64,000 bases of DNA from Camelus ferus (Eukaryota): NCBI RefSeq assembly GCF_009834535.1, contig NC_045697.1:75022001-75086000 (forward strand). Direction: 5' to 3'. The notes beneath the pieces were generated by a model. That model did not search any database. It saw only the letters and a list, made by a program, of their open reading frames with translations, and was not told where the DNA came from. The translations under genes were made by a program, and so were the position numbers. Of the stretch, positions 38,041 through 51,432 are shown piece by piece (position 1 is the stretch's first letter; each line of letters starts with the position of its first letter).

Positions 38041-40589
38041 ATTAAAACTTAAGTTCTTGGGTCGCCAATATTCACAAATTTTCCCATGGTTAAAAAGGAT
38101 CAGTGCCAACTTAGCACTTTTGTTTTTATTTTTACCTTCCTCTCTGTAGTGGTTAATATCAGCCCTCTGTTCCAAGATTGATTTTTTTTTTCCCTTTCCC
38201 TTTTTCAAATTAAAATTTTAATTGTATTTTGTCACATAAATCAGGTAAAGCATTAATATTTTTGCATACATAATTCATTCTCAGGGACATCGTGATTGAT
38301 TAACCGTCAACAGAGATTTATGCAACCAAACTGTTTGATTTACTAATAGCTCTTATCGTCATCTCAGATCCTTTCCTTCTAGCGTCATGCCTTAGGCTCT
38401 ACCTTTACAGGGTTTTCCTCATTCTTACTGCGATGGTGGAGGCTTTTCTAACTATAGTGTCTTTCATGATGATGCCGAGCTTGGGGAGAATAGTCAATGT
38501 GACTTTTACAGATACTGATCCTTCCTATACCAATATAAATAGCAACATTTTAGTAAAGGAAGTTTCTTTTTAACTCGAAGGACGAAGTTAGGGATAAAAC
38601 AAGGAGTGTTGTATATTGGTTTGTTATGATTTCCAATCTACTTATTTATGACTTAAGTGAAAATTTTTTGGTCTACTTGTTCATGGCTTAGGTGAAGATT
38701 TTATCTAAGGGCCAAATTGTCTATGTTGGGGAAGCTATGTCAGGATGATGTCAGTAGAACTGCTGTGCTTCTGAGTCCTTATCAATATGAATATATGGAG
38801 GATCAACCATGATGTAATGGATATTTAAGCTTTAAATACCAAGAATTTGTGAGGACTTAACAAGAGTGTTTGGTCTAAGCAGGGCTACTCTTTGCTGATC
38901 TGAATAGCTCTCCAAAGATCTTGAGACACTTGCTCTTGGATGGCCAGGCTGCTCTTGGTTGGCAGTGGCGTTAAACCATGCTGCAGTCTCAGGAAGACAA
39001 GGGACATCTGTTCCTGCCTTGGCACGGCTGTTCCTCTTGGTAGTAGCAAAGCTGTGTAACAGTCCCTGGAGTAATGACCCTCAGAGCAGATCACCTTGCC
39101 TGCCAACACTGACACCTTCATTCCACTCTTGATCTGCACTGGCAGCTGGATATCAGCTCTTAGTTGGCTAAGCTGACTTTTTCCGAGAACCAACTCATAG
39201 AAAGGTTCACCTCAACTAAATTTGGACTTTATTTGTTTTACTTTCCCTCTGCCTGGAACAATAGCGTAATTAATCTGTCACTAGTTTGGAGTATGTTATT
39301 TCTTTATTGGCTTATAAAGAGACATTATTCTGTGTGCTTTTGGCTTGTGAAGTATTATTATTACAAATTATAATTCCCGCAGTGAACCTGTGTTAAATAA
39401 GTTACTGGCAAAGACAATCTCAGTTTCTGCGTATAATTTGCCAAAGACAAAACAAGGACATATTCATGAATGGTAGCAGCAAAACTTCATTTTTCAAAGC
39501 CTTTGAATTCTGTCTATATTATGCCCAAGGAATTCTGGCATGTCAAATCCCTTTAGAGTGTCAATGTTGGGTTTAGGTTCATTAAACACACTAATAAATT
39601 TCAAGAACATACTAGGTGTTTCAGATGGCACATTGTAAATATATTTTCTGGTAAGTATATTGATATTGACAAATTCAGACCAATCTAGATTTAACTTTGC
39701 CTCCCTTCCTTGGTCATGTACTCTGAAGTCACAATAACAGATTTTTTTAGGGTGTAAATCAGTGAATTTTTGCTTTTTTTTTTTTTTTTGGTTTGTTAGT
39801 GTTTTCTACGTAAGTTTAATCTTACATATGATACCCTGGGGCATTCTGGAGTCTGGTTCTAGTTACTGGTCTAATAACAATGGACTAAACCATGAGAGGA
39901 ATTGTTAACTACCTCGCATAAGGGGGCTTCTTCAGACAAGGAAGTAATGGCTTTTTTTTTTAAGCCAGGAAGGAAGGGCAACTTCCAGAGAATGAAAAAA
40001 ACTGCTTTAGGTGATGGCAGTCAATGAAGGGTCCTTCATAGGAGAGAACAGACGGGTCAGTCATTCCTTCCCTTTGTGTATTTCCCCTTTTAAGTGGCCA
40101 GAGTCCTGTCTTTGTGATCATTGTCTTATGGCCACAAACAAAAAGCAAACAAAGAATTAAGTTGTGCATTACTAAACTACAGAATCAGTTGAATTCTGTC
40201 TCTTTCGTGGTCATCACTTTATTCTTTAAGGTAGTCATTTGGAGTTTTAAGCCTGGCTTCTTTTGCAATGTCATGGAAATCAACCACGGTACCATCAGCT
40301 GCTTGAATTCCTCATGCTCTTCAGTTTGTTTTGTGGTGCCAGTGAGACATTGTTTTAGGTGATAGTAAGTGAATACTTTGAATTGGCTAATTTCTCATAG
40401 GCCTTCAAAATTTCTATCCTGTGATACAATATATGTGTATGTAGTATATCTGTATTTATACCTGTGTATATAATATATGTATATGTGTATACATGACATT
40501 ATTTCTCATCTACCCCATCTTAACAGCAATTTCAAATACCCTACAATTCATTAAGTCTCTTTTATCATTTCTGTCTCTTGTATAAATGT

Positions 40590-40995
40590 TTGTGTTAATT
40601 GAAATCTTTTCTTTGCAAACAAATGAAACTGATTTTGGCTGACCTAAGCAATAAGTGAATTTGTTGAAAACATAAGGGAATTTACAGAATGAAAACATTG
40701 AGAATTTATAGAATTGTTGGAAGGCAGGAGAGCTGGGTTGGAAAATGGATTGAAACCAAGAATTCTTGGGAGCCAAGAAGCATAAACTCCAGGAAGGGAT
40801 CTGGAGTAGCACTGACAGGGCCCTGCCACTGAGTTGAATAAGGTACAGATTTTTCTTCTGTCCTTGCATAATGATTTGAATATTTAAATCCCAGAAGACA
40901 GTACCCAACTGTACAAGTTTAGATCATTTACTGGGGAGTAAGGGAAGAAATTGTGGTTCTGCTTCAAAGGGAAATTGGCTGCTGGATGACCCAAA
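40590..40995. mobile_element. Old MaLR (MLT1-like) LTR remnant
   Basis: TTTGCAAACAAATGAAACTGATTTTGGCTGACCTAAGCAATAAGTGAATTTGTTG resembles old MLT1 termini; explains ORF 40510-40908. Confidence 0.55.
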
Positions 40996-43159
40996 CTGAC
41001 AAGTATCTCCTTCATGTGGGAAAACTGAGCCAGTACCACTTTTGAATATAGATGTAGTACTTTGTTTTTGTGTTTTGATCTATTTGAAATATTTTAATAG
41101 ATGATATTTAATCAATTTATAATTGTCATAGTTCAATATATTTTGTTTTACTTTTGTTATCTTATTTTATGCTCTCTACTGTCTGTTTCCATATACTTCC
41201 TTCACTGAAAAGTTTTTAATTTTAAAAGTTTATATAAAATATAAAGTCAAAATGGATTTTATGTATGGTGTGTAAATATTCTCTATTTTTAACAAACATG
41301 TACTATACTACATTTTAAATAATTTATTAAGACATATAAGCACTTTCTAAGGAAATTATCTACTGTGTAAATTTATTTTGTTTTTATTAGAAATCCTCTT
41401 TTTTTTTTTAAACTTTTTGCTTCATACTGGCTGTAGTCTTAGAGGAGGCTGATATGAAATGAGTCATTCCTTGGATTCATTTTGGGAATAACTGAAAATG
41501 TCAGGAATTTGTCTCAATTGACTTCGTAGTGATATGCACTTGAGACCCAGAAGACTTACTTACTATCCTTAGTGTCAATGTATGATATAATTTCACTGTT
41601 ATCAAATGGCACAAAATAGAAAATTATGTGTGTGTTTGCATGTGTGTGGTATGTGCATGAGATCCTTCTATATGAAAAACCCACATGAACCTGAATGTTC
41701 TACACAAAGATTGGTGCATTGCATTCCCCCCAAATGCCAACACCTCTGTCTGAACATCAGGAGAGATGTGCAGTCCCAGGGATGAGTCGGGACCAGGAGC
41801 ACCACTACCAAACTGGCAGCATGTGCTTAAGGACAAATGCCAGAACAGACTGATAGAACGCAGTGCCAGGAAACTGGGAATTTAATCTGGAAAGAAGTCT
41901 TGAGCCAGGCAGTTTGTCTAGAGTTGAAGCATGAACAGAAGGCTGAAGTCAGTAGACTATTGCTGGCAGAGAGGAAAGCAGTACAGGAAACTAAAGGCCA
42001 GTCAATCAGAGGGGTCACTACAAAGTCACAGATAGAAATCACATGGCGAGGAATATCTATTCAGAAGAAGCAAGCCACTTCTGCACTTCTTCTTGAGCAA
42101 CTGGTTCAAATAAATGTGGTTGAGAAGTCAAATTTGTAGAAGAGGGATCGGTTGCTAAGATGGACCCTGACATGACAAACAAGAGCCTCATTTGTAAACA
42201 GTCCACCTAATATGATTTTCCTAAGAGTGTAGGTATTTCTGAGAATACTGACAACTTTGTTGTAAGTGTACTGAAGAATCAGACAGTACATCCATTTTAC
42301 TTCCTAATACTCTGCTCATGGCTTTGACATTTCCAGTGAAACGAGGATAGGGATAGTATCAGGGACTATCACGGATGAAAACAAATATTTCATTTCAGCA
42401 CTGGAGCAGCTAAGCATCTGTCCAACTGTAGTTGTTATCTTTGGCGAGGGACCTGCAATTGCTCTTACAGCCCAGACAGAACTAGGTGTGAGGGACGCGT
42501 GTTAACTCTCTGTTAACCAGGAACTCTGTTATAGGTGCTAATGTGAGAGACGTTAGAGCACAGATTCCTGAGAAAGTCTGAAAAGACTCTGGAGAAATAA
42601 TTTTATCCACCTGTTTGCTTCTAGAAAAGACCACACAAGCCAACTGAGGTACCAGAAAGACATTATGATGGAGAATTGCTACTTAAAGTCTTCGTGCACT
42701 CATACACATCGTGGTTCTCTTGATTATATGGTGACAGATAATATAGAATATAAACTTTCAGTTGAAGAAGACAAATAAGAGTCTGTATCACTGATTATTT
42801 TTGACCCAGGCTTTATACTTGATGTAATGTGAGTTCATGCTTTACTCTCAAGGCATTTATAGTTCAAGGGGCATGGTAAAATAGGGAAATATTTTTAAGT
42901 TATTCATTAATGCAACATATACATTTAAAAATCCTCGAGATGAAATAAAGGCTGATTTGACTAGAGAATAAATAAAATGATAAAGGGCCAAATAGATAAC
43001 AGACAGCAAATCTAATAAATATTAGGTACAGAAGAAGTGAATACCAAAAAATTAAATAATAAAACATCTTTTCTAGTTCACATAATTTCTAGTGGGCTGT
43101 GTTCTTTTTGAGAGATTATAGTTGCATTTACTTAAGGCAGATGCCATATAGAGAAAATG

Positions 43160-43360
43160 CTTGGCAGCAGAAATATATAGGCATTGGAGTTAAATGGACC
43201 TAAGTTTGCATAATATTTCTTCCATTTAATTAATTTTCACATACTATTTTTTAATCTCAGTAGACTCAATTATTTAATAGAGATAAAAATCTAAACAACA
43301 ATAAAGATTAACATTGATAATGCATAGAAAGCATTTAGCACTCCATAAATATTAGCTCCA
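43160..43360 (+). mobile_element. MIR SINE (degraded)
   Basis: GGCATTGGAGTTAAATGGACCTAAGTTTG...AAGATTAACATTGATAATGCATAGAAAGCATTTAGCAC. Confidence 0.6.
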
Positions 43361-43819
43361 TTTCCTACATTAACCAGTATAAAAGAACAGCTGTGGAATA
43401 ATTTTCAGATGGAGAGATGGGTGGGAAGGGCATTGTCACTAACATGGAAATAATGAAATTTTATAGGAAAACTATCTATTGAGGCTTCTAAATGAGCCCA
43501 GAAGATTATAACATCCTACTGAGAACATAGACCTTATTTGTTTCCTTACTACATGAGCACCTGGATCAGAATTTTCAGCAAGGTAGGTGCTTAGTAAAAC
43601 TAGTTTCTTAATGAATGACAAAAACTATTTTTAAGATTGAACTTTGAAAGCACTTGTTAAGATGATTGCGGCCTTAATGATTAGTTAGCTTGTAGCAGAC
43701 CAACTACTTCACCCAAAATCAGTAGAAAAGCCAGATATAGATTAGATTGTGTGTGTGTATGTATATACACACACATACAAATATATATAATTTCATATAT
43801 ACACATATATATGTCATCT

Positions 43820-44745
43820 TTTGAGACATGAGAAGATGGCTTAGACAGTCAAAAATTAGGAAGTCTACTTTCCAGGGATTCTGTGTACATTTTCTCTTTC
43901 AGATCATTTGTCAATTCAAAGAACAATAGAGACCAAGAAATTGGGCAGAAGTTGGCTGCTTAGAGGCAGAAAAGCCAGCAGAGTTTTCAACAGTTTCATA
44001 GTCCTGGAGAGACCAAAACTGGAGTGAGGCTGCCAAGGCTTGAGGGACTAGGGATCTGGAGTGAGCCCAACATTCAACACTAATTTCTCCCTCTAGACAT
44101 TTTCTAATTTTTAAGCTCTACAGAAAGAGAGGTTAAAAGTCAGCAGAAAGTAGCTGAAAGGCAAAACTGAGTTTTTTTGCTATCTTGTAATCCTGAAAAG
44201 GCAAAATTTCTAGTTTAGGATCATTTAGGGAGAAGGAGTACTCAAGACTCTCATTTGCAGATGTAGAGATCTGTGTCCTGAGAGGTACAGCAGAGGTAGA
44301 CTGAGTCTTACTAGGAATATAACCCAACCCCAATCAGCTTGGCATTTGATTAGAGTGGGATGATGTGTCCCTTTTCTATCTGCCTTCTAGTGAAGAGAGT
44401 GAACTCACTACTGAGGCAGAACATCAGGCAGTACCTTTACTATTTCTCATACAAAATATTTTATCTGTAATAAAAAATTACCAACCAACTTCAAAATAGA
44501 ATGAAAAGAGACAGTAGGAAGATAACCATAGTTAACCCAGATAGTGGAGTTATTGGATATAGTTTTTTTTAATGGATTATTATTTTCAAGAAAATAGATG
44601 AAAAGATGATGAATTACACAAGAGAACTAATGTAAGAAAACAATTACAATTCTAGAACTGAGAAATACCACACTGACAATAGGAACTCAATAGATAAATT
44701 CAGTGGCGTAGGGTATATAGTGAAGAAAGAGTTGGGAGACTGGAA
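43820..44745 (+). mobile_element. Ancient L1M 5'/ORF1-region remnant
   Basis: A-rich ORF1-like stretch (ATAGATGAAAAGATGATGAATTACACAAGAGAACT...ATTCTAGAACTGAGAAATAC...AACTCAATAGAT). Confidence 0.5.
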
Positions 44746-44749
44746 GTTT

Positions 44750-44850
44750 ATCCTGTATGCTGCTGGTGCCCAATGCAGATCCCTTTCCAGGACCACTGTT
44801 CCTTTAAGTGTTGACTGCTACTAGCTCACAGCCACACCCTTTTCTGGAGA
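44750..44850. mobile_element. ERVL-type LTR fragment (LTR33/LTR16-like)
   Basis: CAGATCCCTTTCCAGG...GCTACTAGCTCACAGCCACACCCTTTTCTGGAGAA. Confidence 0.45.
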
Positions 44851-45140
44851 AATATATTGCAAGAAATATTTATAGTTTTAAATATTCTAGTAACTACATT
44901 AGAAGTGTAAAAGAAACAGGTACAATTATGTTTAGTAACATACTTTATTTAATATAATATATCCATATTATCTCAAACTGTAATCAATATAAAATTAATA
45001 AGGTATTTTATATTGTTTTCATAGTAAGTGTCTGAAGTCTGGTAAATATTTTATACTTACTGAGCCTCTTTACTAGATAAGCCACATTTCAGGTGCTCAG
45101 TTGCCATATGCAGCTACACCTACCTTAATAGATGGTGCAG
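44850..45140. mobile_element. MER33 hAT-Charlie DNA transposon
   Basis: TTCTAGTAACTACATTAGAAGTGTAAAAGAAACAGGT...TGTAATCAATATAAAATT...AGCCACATTTCAGGTGCTCAGTTGCCATATG matches recalled MER33 consensus. Confidence 0.85.
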
Positions 45141-45649
45141 ATCTAGATTAGGAAGTACCTAATTTTTAAACTCAATGGAGAGATTAGGGAAAAAGTTATA
45201 AGAAATATATAATTCTGTGTAACACTTCAGATCTATTAAAGAACTTGACGTTGGAAAAATTAATTAGAAAAGTAGGGGATACTGGAACGTAAATTCTTAG
45301 GATAGGAGAATGGGATCTCTGAGTAAGTGGAATAAGATAAAAGTTTCCTTTCAAGGAAAGATAAATAGGAGTTAGGATGGAGAAAGAAAAAAATTATTTT
45401 CATTCCTGACTTTATAACTCCTATGGTATATGTTGGGGGCATTAAGCCATGTGAGTAAAAATGTAAACAGAATGTTTAAAGGAATACATGCTGAGGAATT
45501 AGTATGGACTATGAAAAAATAATCTATGAAAAAAGAATAAATTTCCTGAGCAAAGAATAAATAACATATAGATGATGGGAAATTAAGCAAATTGGTAGAA
45601 AAAAAGTATATGAAATTTGGGGAAATAGTAGATATTTCAGTGGCAGTAT

Positions 45650-45850
45650 CTGGTACATTTTTAAACTTTTGATGAAATAATGCTACACTTGCAGAAGAGT
45701 TGCAAAGGTAGTGCAAAACAGTCTTATGCCCTTCCATCATCTTCTAATGTTGTATTTTATAGAGCCATGATATACTTACACAAAACTAAGACATTAATGT
45801 TGGTACAATACTATTAAGTTAACTACAGACTTTATTCAGATTTCACGTGG
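45650..45850 (-). mobile_element. L1MC-like 3' end fragment
   Basis: TTTTGATGAAATAATGCTACACTTGCAGAAGAGTTGCAAAGGTAGTGCA...AAAACTAAGACATTAATGTTGGTACAATACTATTAA...CTACAGACTTTATTCAGATTTCAC. Confidence 0.75.
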
Positions 45851-47605
45851 CACATTTGTGTGTGTGTGTATGTGTTTTCTGTTATAAGTATATACACAGA
45901 GATAAAGAGAAAAGGGCCCATGGAAATGATTCAGAACTCTGTGGAGGGCCTTACCTATGTATCCAGGTAGGAAAGGCTGACTATAAGGTTAAACCTGGAG
46001 ACTTCAACTGATTGGCTGATAAACAGTCATTGAAAACTGGGGAAGAAATCAACTAGAGAAAATTATGGTCAGAAAGGAGGAGCTGAGCGGTGGTGACTTA
46101 GAAGAGTGGCTAGAACTGCACAACAGGATATAACCAAAAGGCTTAACTGAACATTCAGAATACTGAATGTATGGATTTTGTGCCTCTGTGGACAATTTAA
46201 CTGTTTCTCTAAACAGTTAGAGATGAAATTGTCCCTGATTGCAGTAAGAAAAATATTTTTTTCTCTTCTCTGGACAATTAAAGAAAAAGCAATGTAAAAA
46301 TTTTGCTATACTGATATTACCATGTTTTTACACATTTGTTTGATAGACAGACTTGAGAGTGCTTTGAGAATTAAAGTTTATCTATTGGAAGAATCTCCAG
46401 AATGTGCTCTTTTACTTCTCAAGGTGACACTTTTCTGTTGGTACCATGCAAAAAACTATTGTTCTGAAATTCCCAAAACTCTATCGTATTCTTCTGAATA
46501 CTTTATAATAAATTCATATATTTATTGATGACCTCAGGCATCAAGCTCTGTAGGTAACTATCTTGGAGATTCTAATTTTTTTCCCAAATTTCTTGTAAAT
46601 TTCTCCTTGTAGACCCATCTATCAAAAAGATCAAGTTTAGCAAAGAAAGGGAAATAAGAAGAAAAACTCTTCAGCTTTCAGTGTCTGTCTCTGTGAATAT
46701 ATTTTACAAAGAGGCTCTTAGGAATTAACTTTGAGGAGCTGTCCTAGAGTCCTTCACATGGTGTATTTGATTATTGCTGATGTCAGGTTCATCCCCGTTA
46801 TTCATGGAGGCCAGCATCAGATGCTGCCTTATAAATGACTCTTTTCAAGTAGGACTTAGATTGTCAGAGGAAAATATAAACAAAAGTGAAATGTGGGCCA
46901 AAGGAAATATTAATTTAAAAACTGTAATAACCCTAGGTCCAGAATAAAGTAACTTTTCAGGCTAGCATTGCAGTTTTGCTAAGCTGTCTGCGCTTGGAGT
47001 ACATGAGAAAGAGCAAGGGAAAAAGAGCTGAGGAGAGAAAATATTAGTGCTAATAGACACAACAATTTAGGAGAGAAAGCAGACCTAGGAGTGAGATTTG
47101 TGTTCTCCTCAAGAAGCCAGGGCTAATCTGGTCATTACCATTTCTTCCACAATCCCAGTCTGTTTGAGCATGTGGGGGTCTGATGTCTTCCTTGGATCAT
47201 GGTGTTGCTTCCCCCAGGACACCAGTGCAGACTTCTCTCTAAAAGCTGCTGTGCCACACAGCTTCTCACCACCCTTGAAACACGTCAGATTTGGTTCTGT
47301 GTTTTCCCAGAGTTCTGCTCAGTCTTCTGGAATTGAACCACTAGGGAGAGTCCTAGGGGAGAAATTTCACTGCCAAAGATGTCCACTAGCTATTTATTTC
47401 TTTATGGGCTGAAGGATTTCTCATGTAATTGAACAGATGCCTTCTAGTCATAGACTTAAAGCACTTTGCAGTTTATCGGTTGCTTTCATACTGTATGGTT
47501 ACGTTTGTCTTCACAGTAATAACCCTGCGAAGAGGCAATCGGAGGTATTAGTATTGCTTATAAATTAGGAAACTGAGACTTAGAGTTTTATTACTTTGTT
47601 AGGTG

Positions 47606-47857
47606 TGCTGAAAAAAAAAGAAAAAGACTCAAAGGCTCCAAATAGAGTCGTTTACCCCCAGGATAGCAAACCACAACTTAATTGCAGAATTACAGTTTGT
47701 TTATCCCAGGAATGTGACCCTTAAACAGACAATCTGAAGTTTCCTTATCAGCACTAGTGAGGTATTCTGCATAACAAGACCTCTTTTCTTTCCCTTCCCC
47801 CCAAAAGAAGGTCATAAAACAATGCTTTCTTTTCTTTTGCTAATGATTTTCTTGTCA
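47606..47857 (+). repeat. 5' LTR, lacking about 150 bp of its 3' part
   Basis: Aligns to 54561-54803 (ACTTAATTGCAG; GAATGTGACCYTTAAACAGACAATCTGAA; ATCAGCACTA; CCAAAAGAAG); by eye about 19 mismatches in 123 aligned bases. Confidence 0.85.
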
Positions 47858-48429
47858 GATGGCATTCAGGAACAAGGAGAAATGCAGGTGTGGTGCCCTG
47901 AGAACCCTTTTGAGTAATTAGTATTAATTAGTTTTTCTGGGATTGTTTCAGGGGGCTGTTGGTGAGTTTGTCTCAGAATGAGCTCCACTGTCTGCATTTG
48001 AATCGCAATCTGACTTTCGCATACAAGCAGGTCAGCTTGAACTGGTAGATGATTCTGCTCTGGGCAGACAGTTCTGCCTGGAGCCAAGTGCCTTACCTTT
48101 CAGACCACAATTTCCAGGTTTTTTGAGTAGAAACCCCGCCTTGAATCTAGTCCCAGATCCCATGTTGGTAACTGTTGGTGGTAGCTGCAGTTCTCCATTT
48201 TGTTTGGAATCTGTCCACAGCCCCCATTCCTTCGGGTCTGCTGGTTCAATCACTTCCCCAGGCCAGAGTTTCACAGAAATTGGTGGTGGTGCGTACAGGG
48301 CCTTCTTTTGGCCAGGAGGCAGTAGTATCCCATGGTTAGTGCTACTATATTAAGGCATACATGTTTATTTGTATTGTTTTAATATATAAATGATAATTGT
48401 TAAAGGACTCTTTATACCCAAAGAGTTGA

Positions 48430-48870
48430 TGCTCCGCCTTCCAGCACACCTAACTTATTGTATGTCTGAGACCTGTGACCCTAGAAACTGTAGATATTTA
48501 CAAAAATGGCAAAATCTTGCGAAGCTTGATTGGCTGGTAGTCGTCAGGTTAGGGGCTCTAAAATATGGCCAAATAGAAACGTGAGTTACAGCCCAGTTGT
48601 GGCTAGACGCTGCTAAATAGAAATGTGGATTGAACTACATTTGGGCCGAAGATCTACCAAACTGCTGCCAGTCCTCAGGGGAAATTACAATGGCCATTAT
48701 GAGGAATACTTCAAATAGATAAGATCATTTACAAAGTGCACTTAAAGACAAGGAGTGCCAAGTTAAGCATACAGAATGGGATAGCTATTTTAATTAGTAT
48801 GCAGAAGCCTCTGAAAGATTTCAAAATTCCGGAATAGTATCATTGAAAGATTCATTGCAAAAGGCTAATT
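48430..48870 (+). pseudogene. gag: ERV gag N-terminal (matrix-like) remnant
   Basis: Broken frames read CRYLQKWQNLAK ... KLQWPL*G ... EWDSYFN*YAEASERFQNSGIVSLKDSLQKAN; position directly after the leader. Confidence 0.6.
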
Positions 48871-49301
48871 AAAAATTTGATATGAAAGGTACATAAAACA
48901 AAAGCTACACATTTAGGGAAATTGGAACAACCGTCTTTGTCTTGCAAATCTCTGTAGGGCTAAAGGAGTGGCTCTAGAAGTTAAAAGTTCACTTTTTTTT
49001 CCACCTCAACTCCACAAAGCTTGCCTTTTCCTTGCAAAAATGCTTAAACAGATCAAGATATTGGAAACAGAATTGTCCTGCACTTAATCTGTGCCTTTGT
49101 GGTACAGATTTCCTACCACCATTTTCTCTACGACCTAGGAGCCTTTCTTTGAAATGCAGACTTTAGGAAGAAGATTCTCATCAGGAGAAACAAAAAGATA
49201 AGAGGTTTTAGAAATTGGGCTAATGAGAAATCTTACAAATATTCTCCACAAATAATAGTAAGTATGTCTCTGCATCTGTCTGTATGTTGTGTATATCTGT
49301 A

Positions 49302-49832
49302 TGTTAACCCAAAAGGGGAACCCCTCGGTTCTTGTCTCAACCAAAAGAGAAGAATTCAGACAGGAGACAAAAGCGTTGTGTAGTTAAGATTTTAAAGATT
49401 TTATTAGCAAAGTGAAAGTACACCTCCAAGAATGGGAGGTGGGCTGATCTAAGAGCGAATGGCAGTGGTCTTTGTTTGCCCCTTCTCATATACCCTGTTG
49501 GTCTCTTGATTGATTGTTGGCTCTTGACCCTGGAGTGCTTAGGCATGCCCGCCTCCTTTTGCGCATGTCGTATCCACTGTGTACACAGAGAAACCCATGG
49601 GGGGTGGGGCTAAACTGCAATGCTAATTATATTACAGTGAGCATTGAGTCATGTCCCTTTAGGTCTTTGTCACTACCTCATCGCCATCCAGTCCCAACCA
49701 GTTTCTTGCTGGTACTCATTTAGAGGAAGTAAAGACTCTATGCTGAAGGGAGACGTATCGCCATCTTCTGGGCCATCCTCCCTCTCCTCCACCTTATCTG
49801 CCCAGTGCCCCCATTTCTATAACTACCTAACA
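49302..49832 (-). mobile_element. Nested solo LTR (ERV1-like, 531 bp), antisense to the host provirus
   Basis: TGTTA...TAACA inverted termini; minus-strand AATAAA near 49400; more GC/CpG-rich than its flanks; flanks TGTA / TATA fit a 4-bp TSD with one mismatch; host (TGTA)-rich tract continues on both sides. Confidence 0.85.
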
Positions 49833-51334
49833 TATATATGTGTATTGTAGATGTGTGATGTTTTCTACCTCCAGATTGTATTGCCAGAATTAATTTGTAA
49901 AAGAGCTTTAGTTGATTTAAGGCAAATGCTTGAAAGGATCGACATTTTAAAGTTCTGAGAAATGTAAGAGAAACTAACTTAAATGCTTTTCAAATTCACA
50001 TGATCTGGAATAATTTTTTGTAAATAAAAGTTAGTTTGAGCTCATTAATTAAAACAGGCATATCTTTAAAGTTATCAGCATTGAATGTAATGTAGATAAA
50101 CAACTTTTATTCTACCTGGGTTTACTAGTCATAATCATGTTATCTATGCTGAGAAATTTGTCAGCAAGAAAAATAGCTTAGGTTGATAGCTGATTTTGTC
50201 TAATGTCTCATGAAGTTTTTGTGGGTAATCTAAACATAATTATTGGGAGCAAATGGTTCAGATAGATATAAATGATGTAAGAGTTCATAGATAAACTTTT
50301 TAGCAACAATTATATTTTATGATCTGGATAGTTCAAAATAGCTTCCAAAATCTTTTTGGTAACTTGAAACTTTAGGATTTTGCTAAGTTAAATTAAATGA
50401 TAGAAATTTATTATATATCTAGATAATTCTAAATAAAACAAAATAGTGAAACAGTAATTACTGAACATAGGTAGGTTTATCTACTTTTGGCTTCTTATTG
50501 CAGAGATAAATTTCGGTGTATCGGTGTGCATATTTTGTGTCACATTGAAAGACTGTATTGTGAAGAATCACATGTAGCTAGAAGTGATGAAATATGTTCA
50601 TAAATTTACCAATTAAAAAAAATGCTAGGATGGCATACAGTTTACAGTTGCTTTCTTCTTAGTTTTTGTTAGAAATTAAGGTTGCTAAGGGTTAAGACTT
50701 CTAATGTACATATGTAATTAAAACTATTAGAAATAATAAGGGAAACAACACTGTATGCACAGAAAGTAGGATGCGTTTTTCAGCTAAGGAAAAGTATGAG
50801 ATTTGGGGATGGATTCTTGTTAAAGGAAATGAGAGTAGTAATTTTATCGAAACTAAAACTTTTGGTTATCAGAATGGGAAAGAAGAAAATGAAGGACAAA
50901 CTATGGATATACAAAGTAAGGAAGAGAAAAAGATGAGAGAGAAGGAATCTTGTGTAATCAAACTGAATAAAGTTGAGTTGTTAGTGTGGGGGGTTTAATA
51001 ATGAGCTTTAATAGCAATACTGTATTTATGTTAATCTAGAAATTAATTTTCTTTCATCTGCTAAAAGAAACAATGTTTTATTGGAGTACCAGTCTGCTCT
51101 TGATAGTAAGAGAGAATGAAAGGTTTTTCTTTACCTTTTCTTTTCCTTTTAAAGGTAAAAATATTTTCATCTGCCTAGAAAACAAGGATTCTGTATTTTG
51201 ACAAAAATAATTCCCTGTGTTTATCAAGTCTTTGATTACATAAGAAAATTGAATCTTCTTAATAGTAAGACCTAAATTTTACTAACAGCCATTTAACCTG
51301 CTGTATATGTCTGAAATCTTTTATTGTCACTTTG

Positions 51335-51432
51335 GACAAATAGATAACTACTATTTCATAATGATCTGTGATCCTATTGGTCCTATTTAGACAAATAGGT
51401 AATTGTTGTTTCATAATGACCTATGATCCTAT
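51335..51432 (+). repeat. Diverged tandem duplication with a 55-bp period inside the ERV
   Basis: GACAAATAGATAACTACTATTTCATAATGATCTGTGATCCTAT vs GACAAATAGGTAATTGTTGTTTCATAATGACCTATGATCCTAT. Confidence 0.8.

Noticed and set aside
40510..40908. 132-aa minus-strand ORF
   Set aside because: Overlaps an old MaLR-like LTR remnant, has a non-ATG start and no protein similarity that I recognise
41837..42139. 100-aa plus-strand ORF (MPEQTDRTQ...)
   Set aside because: No recognisable domain and no convincing splice or promoter context; ORFs of this length occur by chance in 64 kb, and it may be decayed LTR-type sequence
43750..43775. 11-bp (TG)/(CA) inverted repeat
   Set aside because: A by-product of adjacent microsatellite sequence
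51335..51432. Repeated units considered as a CRISPR-like array
   Set aside because: Only two diverged units inside a eukaryotic ERV; an ordinary tandem duplication
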